In this document: positions 41,800-54,330 of the stretch, in pieces
How the letters are laid out: every line of letters starts with the position of its first letter
Position numbering within the stretch: the stretch's first letter is position 1
Assembly: GCF_006345805.1 (NCBI RefSeq)
Contig: NC_043013.1
Span: 15,066,001-15,130,000 of the forward strand
Direction of reading: 5' to 3'
Length of the DNA: 64,000 nucleotides
Source of the DNA: Octopus sinensis
Taxonomy: Eukaryota
Translations under genes and position numbers: made by a program
Notes under the pieces: model-generated
Databases searched by the model: none
What the model was told of the DNA's origin: nothing
What the model saw: only the letters and a program-made list of their open reading frames with translations

Positions 41800-41852
41800 G
41801 TCTTACAGCACAGCTGCTTCTGGGATATTAGGGATATCCCTTCATCAGAGAC
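41800..41852 (-). ncRNA. Degenerate minimal type I hammerhead ribozyme motif (left arm)
   Basis: GTCT-CTGATGA-A-GGGATAT/CCCTA/ATATCCC-A-GAAG-CAGC/TGT/GCTG-TA-AGAC. CUGAUGA is intact; GAAA has become GAAG. Confidence 0.55.
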
Positions 41853-42343
41853 GATGTGAGATGGTTAAATAGAGGGAAATATAAGAGTTCAATATGAGGA
41901 GTTGTTTTGGAAAAGGAAGCAAATAAGGAGTATAAAGGGAAATAGGAAAATGAATGTAGGCATAAAAATAAAAATGTATAAAGATGTTATAGTTGCAGTT
42001 CCATTATGCAATGAAAGTGGTGTGTAGAAGTGGTAGAAATGCTTCCTGTCTGTGGTATGTAAATTCCAATAGGAGTTTATATTTCGTCATCACAAACGGA
42101 AAGTGTGCAGATGTAGATTCCATGTGCAGTTCATTCAAAGGGGTCTGAGGTGTGAATGAAAATTTGAGAATGTAGTGGTAGTATTAAGTGGATAGAGAGA
42201 GGAGAAGAGATGTGTATGTTAAAATGGAGAGGTTAAAGGAAAAGGTGAGAAAAGAAGAAGGAAAGAAGGAGGAAGAGAAAATGAAAAAGTGTAAGAAAGT
42301 GAAAACAGGAGTGATATTTCCCTCTATTTCACCATCTCACATC

Positions 42344-42390
42344 GTCTCTGAATAAGGGATATCCCTAATATCCCAGAAACAGCAGTAAAC
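42344..42390 (+). ncRNA. Degenerate minimal type I hammerhead ribozyme motif (right arm)
   Basis: GTCT-CTGAATA-A-GGGATAT/CCCTA/ATATCCC-A-GAAA-CAGCAG-TA-AAC. GAAA is intact; the CUGAUGA box is mutated. Confidence 0.45.
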
Positions 42391-43218
42391 TAACTTTCTC
42401 TTTATAAATGTCCTGAAAATTCCACACACCCTTGGCTTTGTTGTCTCATTTTATCGTCTTCTACTACAGCGCAGGGCCAAGCAATACCTTGTGAGTGAAC
42501 ATGGTAGATGGAAACTATGTAGAAGCCTATCATATATGTGGTGGAGTGTCTATGTAGTTTTGTTTGTCCCCCATCCCCACATGACAACCAGTATTTGTTT
42601 GTTTACATCCCAGGTACTAGCGGTTCAGTAAAAGAAACCAAAACGAATAAGTACCAGACTCAAAAATAAAGCACTGGAGTCGATTTGTTTGATTAAATCC
42701 TTCAAGGCTATGCCCCAGCATAGCTGTAGTCCAATGGCTGAATAAAGTAAAAGATAAACTGATGGTTTAGCTTTATATATTGATAAATCAGACTGATATT
42801 ATTGTAGCATTAAAGTTTGATAATTTATTGATGCTTGCCAATATCTATATTCCAAACATGGATGGCAAACGTTAAATAATGATGATGATGACTTCGCTTT
42901 ATATATAATTTTGCTAATTCATCTAAGTTACACCACCACCGCTGCCGCCACCAAATAATAATAATAATGATGATGATGATGATGATAATAATAATAATAA
43001 TAATAATAAATCACACGTATTGAGAAGAGCATTGTCGATGTGAGAACTGTTGCTGCTCATGTATTTTAATTTAACTTAAAAAAAAAAATTTTTTTAATGA
43101 ACGAACTATTGAGTTTGGTTTAATGGCCTACCAATGTATACTATGAGTTTCTTTGCCCTAGGAGTCGGGAAGACCACTCGGCAAGAAATGGAAGCAAATT
43201 TGAAAGAAGAAAAAAAAA

Positions 43219-43263
<45 letters not shown>

Positions 43264-43505
43264 TGTTCATGACCTGTAGTTAATGAATTGTTATTTGATA
43301 TTTTCAAATTAATAATTATCTATTCTGAACAGGATATTCTCTGTTTTCCTTGTTTGTTTTTTTAGCATGACCTCTTTGTCCTGATTACAATCATTCTAAA
43401 TTACATAAACTCTGAGTGAATTTAGCAAAGAAAAAAAAAATACAAAAATTTATTTTTCTCAGTATTATTTCTTTAGTAGAATGTAAAGGTATTATTATAT
43501 GGTTG

Positions 43506-44456
43506 CGTAAGGCAGCAAGCTGGCAGAACTGTTAGCACACCGGGCGAAATGCTTAGCGGTATTTGTTGTGCCGTTACGTTCTGAGTTCAAATTCCGCCGA
43601 GGTCGACTTTGCCTTTCATCCTTTCGGGGTCAATTAAATTAAGTACCAGTAACGCACTGGGGTCGATGTAATCGACTTAATCCGTTTGTCTGTCCTTGTT
43701 TGTCCCCTCTGTGTTTAGCCCCTTGTGGGTAGTAAAGAAATAGGTATTTCGTCTGTCTACGTTCTGAGTTCAAATTCTCCGAGGTCGACTTTGCCTTTCA
43801 TCCTTTCAGGGTCGATTAAATTAAGTACCAGTTACGCACTGGGGTCGATGTAATCGACTTAATCCGTTTGTCTGTCCTTGTTTGTCCCCTCTGTGTTTAG
43901 CCCCTTGTGGGTAGTAAAGAAATAGGTATTTCGTCTGTCTACGTTCTGAGTTCAAATTCCTCCGAGGTCGACTTTGCCTTTCATCCTTTCGGGGCTCGAT
44001 TAAATTAAGTACCAGTTGCACACTGGGGTCGATATAATCGACTTAATCCGTTTGTCTGTCTTTGTTTGTCCCCTCTGTGTTTAGCCCCTTGTGGGTAGTA
44101 AAGAAATAGGTATTTCGTCTCTCGTTACGTTCTGAGTTCAAATTCCGCCGAGGTCGACTTTGCCTTTCATCCTTTCGTGGTTGATTAAATAAGTACAAGC
44201 TGTGCACTGGGGTTGATGTAATCGACTTAATCTATTCATCTGTCCTTGTTTGTCCCCTCTGTGTGTAGCCCCTCGCGGGTAGTAAAGAAATTGGTATTTC
44301 GTCTGTCTTTATGTTTTGATTTCAAATTCTTCCGAGGTTGACTTTGCCTTTCATCCTTTGGAGGTTAATAAAATAAGTACCAGTGAGTACTAGGATCAAT
44401 GTAATCAACTTACCTTCTTGCCCAAAATTGCTGGCCTTGTGCCAAAATTTGAAATC
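43506..44456 (+). repeat. Five-unit head-to-tail array of SINE family A bodies (period 182-185 bp)
   Basis: Units start GGTATTT at 43558, 43743, 43925, 44109 and 44293; 15-bp direct repeat ATTATTATATGGTTG at 43491-43505 and 44457-44471. Confidence 0.92.
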
Positions 44457-44998
44457 ATTATTATATGGTTGACTTTTCTAGTTGTATTTGATGGTATTGC
44501 AGAGATAGTAAGTTAACCACTTCTGCTGTGCCTGGGCTGTTTCCAAAAGCAAGTGCCCAGCCCCATGTACACTTACCCATTCTCCACTTATAGATTCATT
44601 ACAAAGAAGAGGCAAGTCCATATGTTTGCAACATCCATGGAGCTGCAAGGGATGCCAGACATTGGTTGAGTTTAACTATACATATCTGCTGGATTCTTTC
44701 TATGGGTTTACTCCCTTAGCCTCTTTTAAACACCCGGTAAATTACCCTACATTGGAGCAGGGGTGTATTATATACATAACAAATAATTAAGTAACACAAA
44801 ACATAAGTGTACACAATTGAACAGACACACATACAGATAAATAGATACTGTTTGTGTTGAAAAAATGTGTGGAACTGCTTGCAATACTGCTGCTGCTATC
44901 ATCATCATCATCACCACTGCTATATGATGATGATGATGATGAATTAATTAATTAGTAATAAATCTAATCTTCAAGAGATGAATCAATTTCTATCTTTT

Positions 44999-45049
<51 letters not shown>

Positions 45050-45125
45050 GGATAGATAGATGGATAGATGGATGGATGGATGGATGGATTGGTGGGTGGG
45101 TGGGTGAGTGAGTGAGTGAGTGAGC
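44999..45125. repeat. Compound tetranucleotide microsatellite (GATA)n-(GATG)n-(GGTG)n-(AGTG)n
   Basis: Read directly. Confidence 0.95.
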
Positions 45126-46399
45126 GAGCAAATAAAAAGAATGAGAGAGAAATTGAGAGCAAGAGCTGGTCAAAGAGAGAAAGTAGTCAACCAACAGAGA
45201 GAGGGAGAGAGAGAGGAAATAATTTAAGCTATTGTTAAAAAAAAAATTCAACAAGAATTTTTTTTTAATCACCATTTTTGGTACAGCATGAGAGAGAAAT
45301 ATGTAGCAATCTGTTTTGTAGTAAAACCTACAAACACACACATAGAGGGTCAGCACCTCTCCTCTCCATAAATCAAGTTTTGATAAAGTAAGTTAGGGCA
45401 GAGTCAATTGAACCTTTTCCAAGATATTACTGGTAATTAGTAGAGTTATCCAACATTGATCAGATGCCAAATATGTAGTAAATCAAAATAATATTAATGA
45501 TGATGATGATGATGATGATGATAATCCATTCTATTATAGGCACAAAGCCTACCTCATTCACAGGCACCAGAGCAGATAAGGTCCTTCAGCCCTTTAGCTG
45601 CTCATCTAAGGGAAAGTAGTTCCATACAAATCTTGCGTAACTACTGGACTTGTGACACTTGTTGCACCAGACTAATACAAGCTCAAAGGGTGAGATAGTG
45701 GGACTGGCTCTGCACACACCATGCCCACTATAATGATATTCATCATACTAGTTATTCAGCAAAGCAAGACACCAGCACCAACACCATTACACTTACTCCA
45801 TAAGTCCAATGGCAATAGGAAAAGAGGCAATGGGAAAGTTTTCAGTTTTGGCTCTGCACACAGGCAGCCATAGGGTGATTGTCATTTTCCACACTCCTAC
45901 ACCATGCAACAGTGTTTTGCTGAACCCTTATTTGTCCATGTAATGAGAGTTCATCATTTTTTTGTCTTCTAGACATAAATTTTGTTTGTTTACAAATCAG
46001 TCAGTGGGGTGAGACATGCCTATAACCATTGCAAGTCTCACTTGGAGATTGTGAAGATTGGCATGGCAGATTACCCAATCTGAATACAACAGATTAATAT
46101 CTATTTCTTTACTACCCACAAGGGGCTAAACACAGAGAGGACAAACAAGGACAGACAAAAGGATTAAGTCGATTATATCGACCCCAGTGCGTAACTGGTA
46201 CTTATGTAATCGACCCTGAAAGGATGAAAGGCAAAGTCGACCTCGGCGGAATTTGAACTCAGAACGTAGCGACAGATGAAATACTGCAAAGCATTTCGCC
46301 TGGCATTCTAACGTTTCTGCCAGCTCGTCGCCTTTAATATCATTGAGGAAAATGTCAAGTTGCAAGGAAGCTGGGGGCTTGGTCTTAATGTTTACAACA

Positions 46400-46900
46400 G
46401 ACTACACTGTGCTAAAACCACCCAAGGACCAGGTAGTGGTGTTACACTGGGTGGCAGGTTAGACTTATTCTCAAACTTAAGGAACCTAATGACAAGCTGG
46501 TAATGTTAAACAGAATGGTATTTTAGATCTACCACCAAAGTACTAGGCAGTGATAAATAGATAGATGTGTGAGACCTACTACCCACAGACCAAGTGATGA
46601 CAGTGTAAACAGAGTGGTCTTTTAGTTCTGCCACTGAAGGATATGGTGGTAGCAGTAATAAATAGTTAGGTGTATTGGACCTCTGAACCAAGGACCAGAT
46701 AATAGTGTTAAACAGAGTGATGTATTAGATCTACCACCCATGGGCCAGATGATGGTAGTGTTAAACAGGGTGGTATGTTAGATTTACAATCCAAAGAGCA
46801 AGTGGTGGCCCTGGGTAGCAATTAGGCCTATGACTAAAGTACTAGGTGCTAGTATTAGACCAGCTGCTTTAACTAAAGTTACCAAAGGATGAGGCACTTG
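46400..46900. repeat. Degenerate minisatellite (core GTGTTAAACAGAGTGGT...TTAGATCTACCACC)
   Basis: At least five recognisable copies. Confidence 0.7.
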
Positions 46901-48499
46901 TGTCTTAGGTCTTCTTCACAAGATATTGATGGAAACAACCTCAGCATTATTATATGTACTTACACTGTTAATACCTGGACAACATTGAACACAACAGGGG
47001 AAAGTGAGAGAATACAATATAAAGATATTTTCTAGTGTGGTGGATATTGTATGGTAGTGTGTATATTATTAAATCATGTATAAAGTGTAGCAAGTATGCA
47101 TACAATTGTATAGGGTACATAGAATGACAAGTTTATGTATTATTTTATGGTGTACATAGAATGACAGGTATATACATTATTGTATGATGTATAAGGTATG
47201 ACAGGTGGGTGTTTTATTGTATGATGTATATATTTCAGATGTCATAACAGATATTTTAGATCCACAGGAGTGTACTACTCTCACATCTTTGGCCCATGGG
47301 TGCAGGGGAGGATACCATTCCAACTTTTGGGAAAGTACTGTAGCTACTAACATATACTGACAGTCTAGAGCACACCCAAGACAGTACTGAAGCTACATGC
47401 ACAGACATCCTAAATCTACCATGGAGTACAGCTCCACTGAGATGGTGGTGGAGCTACTGCTGGTACATACATAGACATGCTAGACACACAATAGAATACC
47501 GCTTCTACATCTGAGATAGTACTGTTACCCATATATCCTAGTTTCAACCAATAATGGAAAACAGCTGCTATATTTGGGATGGTTTTACTACACACACACA
47601 CACACACGCACACACACATAAATATATCTTAGAGCCCCTCCCAATACAGTACTGATTCCACACACTAAATGTTGCTACTACTCCCACACACATATCCGAG
47701 ATCAACAATACAGTACTACTCCCACAGACATACTGTCTCCTCTCTCTGCCTTCTCTACTGCTACTACAGTAGCCTCTGTTCCTCTAAGCCAGCAGGCCTT
47801 GAATCATTTTCACTCAGGTTCTTTTTAACTTGGGTCTTATATCTATTGTTTTAATTCCTTTGAAATAGGAAATATATGTATGTTCACTGGGTTTGTAAAA
47901 GAGAGCAAAGCTACAGGAACCAAATAATCATAATAAGCAGTCAGCTACCCTATCCTAGTTGTTACCACTCCCAATATAGGATTCCTCACCATACAGGTGA
48001 CAGGCAAAGCTGTAAGATGCATTACTAATCTATAACAATTGGAAGGGCGTGACCCAACTCAAATAAATATTAACAATTGCGTGACGTGAGGGCTAAGGAG
48101 AAATAAAAGTGTCACCTCTGGAGTTTGCAAATGATCACTATACCGATAGGTAACTGGACAGAAAAAATTTACAATCTATAAATGTCTTTCAATAACCAGT
48201 CACTCATCTGGGAAGACCTTGAAATAATGTTACCATTTGGGTACTATATGTGACCCAGTGATAATAAAAAGACTCAAAGGAGGTCTGCAACCAAATAACT
48301 TTACTCAACACTTCGCAACTGAATCAGTGGAGGCAAAGATGCCACTCATTTACTTGACAATTTATGCAACAAATTGCAGAAATCACAACCTAAGTATATC
48401 TCAAAGCAAACTCTTACACTGTTGTACCATCGAATTACAAATAATGCTCATCTTTTATGCTCGGGTGACCTTACAGCTTCCAAGAGTACAACTGTATTC

Positions 48500-49137
48500 A
48501 TCTTTGCTTAGATAAAATGACTAAATTGTGGGTGTTAAGTCCCCATGAAGGGGTCTTTCTAACTTCTAAGAAGATGAAATTTTAGAAATACTATCTCCTT
48601 TGTGTCTAATATCTATGGTTAAAATTTCATCAACAGCAAAAAAATATGAATTTTCATGGGGATTATGCATAGAATATAATTTCCAAATTTCATAAAAGAT
48701 CCGTTCAGTACTTTTGACCTAGTTTTGGATCATTAAAAAATGACTAAAATTTGGGAGTTAAGGCTCCCATTAGGGGATCTTAGAATCCTCATGAAAAGTG
48801 GAAACTTTGAGAATACATCTTGATGTGTGTCAATTACCCATGGTTGAAATTTCATCAACATCGAAAATTTACGAATTTTCATGGGGGTTCTACCCCCTTT
48901 AAGCCATCTCAAATTCAAACCAAACATATTGCATTATACCCGCCCTTATGCATAGACTCTAAGTTCCAAATATCATAAGGATCCATTCAGTAATTTTGGT
49001 CCATGAAATTGTATTAAACACACAGCAATACCCTTCTCCCTAGGCTTGGATTTTGTGTTCCAAATTTCATTAGATCGGTGCAGCAGTTTTCGAATGTAAA
49101 AGTAACACACGAACACACATAATTTTTATATAATAGA
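48500..49137 (-). mobile_element. Non-autonomous Helitron-like element (5' end clear, 3' end not found)
   Basis: A|TCTATTATATAAAAA 5' terminus at 49137 and internal CCAAATTTCAT repeats. Confidence 0.55.
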
Positions 49138-49814
49138 TATGAATATGCACATAAACATATATGTATATATGTGTGTGTAAACGATGCTGATGATGATGAT
49201 CCCATGCCAGCATGGAAAGTGGACGTTAAATGATGATGATGATGATGTGTGTATGTGTATATATATACACATACACACACACAAAAAAAAAGATAGATTG
49301 ATAGATACAACTGAGTGAGCAAACAAAAATATGAGACACTGCCTAGTGTTTCTTTTTATTTTGATAAGCCTGGTACTTATTCTATCAGTTTCTTCTTGTG
49401 AAACCAGTAAGTTATGGGGATGTAAATAAACAAACAGCAGTTGTGAAGCAGTGATGAGGGAGAAACACAGAGACAAAGATACACACATACACTTACATAT
49501 ATACATGCATATATATATATATATATATATATCATCATCATCATCATCGTTTAACGTCCGTTCTCCATGCTAGCATGGGTTGGACGGTTCGACCGGGGAT
49601 CTGGGAAGCCAGAAGGCTGCACCAGGCTCCGGTCTTATCTGGCAATGTTTCTACAGCTGGATGCCCTTCCTAACGCCAACCACTCCGTGAGTGTAGTGGG
49701 TGCTTTTTACGTACCACCTGCACTGGTGCCAGGCGAGGCTGGCATCAACCACGGTCGGATTGGTGCATTTTACGTGCCACCTGCACGGAAGCCAGTCGAG
49801 GCAGCGCTGGCATC

Positions 49815-49868
<54 letters not shown>

Positions 49869-50031
49869 GATTGATTTCTTTCAGTTTCTATCTACAAAAT
49901 CCACTCACAGGGTTTTGGTTGGTCTGAGAGGCTATAGCAGAAGACATGTGCCAAGTCACCACACAGTGGGACTGAACCCAGTACCATTTGTGTTGGAATC
50001 AAGTTTCTTACCACACAGCCACAACTGCACC

Positions 50032-50655
<624 letters not shown>

Positions 50656-50699
50656 TGAGATAATAGTTTCACTTAATTAGTTTCAGTATTAAATGAAAA

Positions 50700-50937
50700 T
50701 ATCTGACATTACAATAGAGAGATGTTATTGTTTCACTTTTGACGCGTAATGCTGAAATAGTGAAGATATGATATTTTTGTGGGCTCACACTAGGCAAAGA
50801 AGTTTAAAAAAAATTTGGCCTATGACACTACATGGACCCTAAGTAAGGCATGTGTAAAATTTGAATGAAATTGGTTGAGTAGTTCTCAAGTTTTAGGGAT
50901 TCACACAAACACACATTTTTATCTTTATATATATAGA
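50700..50937 (-). mobile_element. Truncated non-autonomous Helitron-like element
   Basis: A|TCTATATATATAAAG 5' terminus, the same as the 2737-3109 element. Confidence 0.55.
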
Positions 50938-51499
50938 TGGGGGCCCAGTTTATTGATTTGCTCGTGGGGTGGGCTATAACACTGGTAAAACAGCCCTGGT
51001 ACTGTGTATATTGTATGTCTGCTGAGATCAGTATTACTCTACATAGTGCTGTAACGAGTTTATAATATAACAGGTGTGTGTATAACATCTTCGACAGAAT
51101 GTATATGATAAAGTAGATATGTATATTATTGTGTGTCGTTGTAGGATGTATATAGTATGTCAGGAATGTACGTGACTGTAATTGTGGTATGCGTGTGTGC
51201 ATGGTGAATGTGTGTGTGTGTATATGTATATAAGCAGATTTGCTGTGTGGTGAGTAGGTATATAGATAGAAAGATAGGTAGTACAACAGCTGTTGTATGA
51301 ATAATACATCAGGCATGTATAAGATGGTGTATAGAAGTGATGTAGAATGGTATGTAGAGGGGGTGTATATTATTGCATAATGAATGAAATATGATGAAAC
51401 GGGTGTGTAAGTTATATTTACGAGATATTAATTATATACGAGAGTGCCAAGTCCATTTAGAACGATATGGAATGTATGTATGTACGTATATATGTATGT

Positions 51500-51619
<120 letters not shown>

Positions 51620-51708
51620 AGAGAGAGAGAGAGGTATAGTGTGTGTATGTTTGTATATATTGCGCATCGTACAAATACAGTATGGCCATAGTTATGAACA
51701 CAACTTAC

Positions 51709-51928
51709 CTGATCGCGTATCAAAAGTAACCACAAAGATGGTAACAATCTTGTCAGCTGCCAATGACGATGGCAGTGGACTCCTATTGGCGCTGATTCTA
51801 TTGTCGTTGCCATTGACATAGCCTAAATTACCACTTTCATACAAATATCTAATCTTATCACGAGGATCATCGATAGCATATGTCCCTGCACCCTTCAATA
51901 ATGGTGTTTTATCCTCATCTTCAGCCAT
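51709..51928 (-). CDS. DENND11: DENND11 exon 1 (MAEDEDKTPLLKG...IVTIFVVTFDTRS-G)
   Basis: ATG at 51928 in GAAATGG context; donor AG|GTAAGT at 51708; phase 1. The start codon choice is inferred from similarity to the family N-terminus. Confidence 0.9.
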
Positions 51929-53959
51929 TTCTTGGCAGTCAGACGATCGTGTACTGCTTCGCTTTGACGATAACGTAAGCGGCCTCCTTTTCAATAACAA
52001 CCTCCCACCACCACCACTACACCTTTGTTCATCTCCCTTACTCTCTCTTACTACTCTACGTTCCCCCATCCATCTTCTCCTTCGTCTATCTCTCTCTCTC
52101 TCTCTCTCCTTTTGGTAATGCAGAGCAATGGGTGGGGAGATATGCTGAAGAGGGAGTTGCACAGAGAAATAGAGAGAATGAGAGAGAGAGAAAAAAAGGG
52201 AGAGAAAGAAAGAAAAAAGAGGACAGAGGTTATACGCACGCATTCATGCAACAAATTAAGGGTTGATATATTGAAACAGTCGTGGATTATTTAAAGAAAT
52301 TAAAAATTAATTACACAAAATTAATTTATTTGCTTAAGAGAAAATCTAATTTTTGTAGGCAATGAGCCAGGTGCGGATGTTCCAATCTTATTGCATCTCA
52401 TCAGCATAGCAATTAATTATAATTTTTTTCTTATTGTTAGAGACGCTATTACTGACCAAAATTCTCTGAATACCCTTTTCCATATGTAGAAACATTTGTT
52501 GAATAATCTTAATCAAAGCTGTCATCAGAAAACTATACTATACTGGAAGGACCTGTAGCATGACTAATTTCATAATTTCATGTTTCAGACTTAAGTAATC
52601 TAAAATTTCTATGCCTAAGATTGGTCATGCAACCAGTCATGTGATGTTAAAATACTTGTTGAGTTCAGCATTTGGATTGGTCTAGTTTTACACGGGATAC
52701 AGAGCTCGTATCCAATCACATTGTGGTAAATTCTAGATACTAGCCTGAACCTCGTTTTGTCAAAAAATAGCATGATATTTCTCATTTTAATGGAGAGGGG
52801 AGAGTTGTTTTCAGGGAGTTATATCATATTATTTTTGTTCTTGTTGAAGCACATGTAACCAAGTTCAACTGAGTTGAAAAGCCAACCATGTATGATTTTC
52901 TACAGACAGCATTCTCCATGATGTATTAATCTGGTTTGTTGTATAATTTTATTTAGCAGAAGACTTAAGTGTCACAGTTAATTGAAGCCTCTTTCTTGTA
53001 TTATTTCCACCTTTTTGCAAGCAACTCATGAGAAAGAAAAAATTGTAATAAGAGGGCCAGAGACACCCTTCCAGTTAAAGATCTAACAAAACTGAAACAT
53101 GTCCATAGTTGTCTCCTTTACTTGCAATATCAATGCTTAATTTCTTGAAATTATCTTCCTTTTTCTTTGAGAGTTATAAACAATTGCTCCTTGGGATTTT
53201 GTTTCCTTTCCAAGAAAAAGCATTGATAGTTTGTTGTGACTACCAAGCTAAGTTTTTCCTTAATGGAAAATGTACCACTCAACATAGACTATGGATGAGC
53301 AATATCAGGATAAAAGCTAGTTGAACTCAGAGACACAAGACAACCTGGAAAAAGGATGGACGGATGCTGCAAGATTTTTTGTCTATATACAAGTCCAAAG
53401 AAATATATGTATTATATATATATGACTGTGTGCTAGCAGGGTGCAAAGAGCACCATACGAATGTGGTCATTGACAGAGCGGCTAACCAGCTTCCATGCCA
53501 GTTACACTTAAAAGGCACAATTTGAGCGTGATCGTTACCAGTGTCGCCTTACTGGCCCTCGAGCATGATCGTTGCCAGAGCGGCTATCTGGCCTCCGTGC
53601 CGGTGGCACGTAAAAGACACCATTCGAGTGTGATCGTTACCAGCATCGCCTTACTGGCACCTGTGCTGGTGGCATGTGTAAAAGATTCAAGCGAGGCCAT
53701 TGCCAGTACCGCTTGACTGGCCCTGTGCCAGTGGGACGTAAAAGCACCCACTACACTCTTGGAGTGGTTGGCGTTAGGGAGGGCATCCAGCTGTAGAAAC
53801 TCTGCCAGATCAAGATTGAAGCCTGGTGCAGCCTTCTGGTTCGCCAGCTCTCAGTTATTTGTTCAACCCATGCTTAGCATGGAAAGCGGACGTTAAACGA
53901 TGATGATGATGATGATGATGATGATAACAAACCATATGCCTCCAAACAAGCTTTCAAGC

Positions 53960-54330
53960 TCAGAGCATACTGTTAGATCTATTTAAAAACCAGGATGCTA
54001 ATCTGAGAAAACATGGGAAAAAATGGGAAGGAAAATTCAAAGAAAGTTGAAGAAAACCAAGATTGTCTCATTTGTCTGAAGAAATCATGATTAATGTAGC
54101 TGGTGCAGATTAATATAACAGAGAGGAGGCCAAAGTCTGGAACAGGTGGTGTCCTCCAGTTCAAGAAGAGAAACTTGTCCATGTGCTTACATTTGTTAAA
54201 AATTTTGGATCTGGAATTAAGTAGTTTGGTGGACTTCTTGGATCTAAAAAGGATGTGTGATCTTTCAGCTATGTGTAACTTGCATTTCTTTGATACATTT
54301 ATATATGGCATAGATTTCTCCACAGTTCTC
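53960..54330 (-). mobile_element. Penelope-like element C-terminal fragment
   Basis: PYINVSKKCKLHIAERSHILF...LLNSRSKIFNKCKHMDKF, typical of the region after GIY-YIG in PLEs. Confidence 0.7.

Larger units (their letters stand above)
41735..42455. mobile_element. Inverted repeat (arms about 150 bp) resembling a Penelope-like pLTR, each arm with a hammerhead-like motif
   Basis: 41735-41885 is the reverse complement of 42315-42455. The PLE assignment is inferred from the hammerhead motif and the inverted layout. Confidence 0.6.

Noticed and set aside
43506-44456. CRISPR-like appearance of the regular array
   Set aside because: The units are whole SINE bodies with no unique spacers, the context is eukaryotic, and there are no cas genes.
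52375-52410. CTGATGA followed by a GATG...CATC stem on the minus strand
   Set aside because: No GAAA box follows (CGCA instead).
52760-53320. Possible transposase remnant upstream of DENND11
   Set aside because: I found no recognisable catalytic motif or termini; it would need tBLASTx against Repbase.
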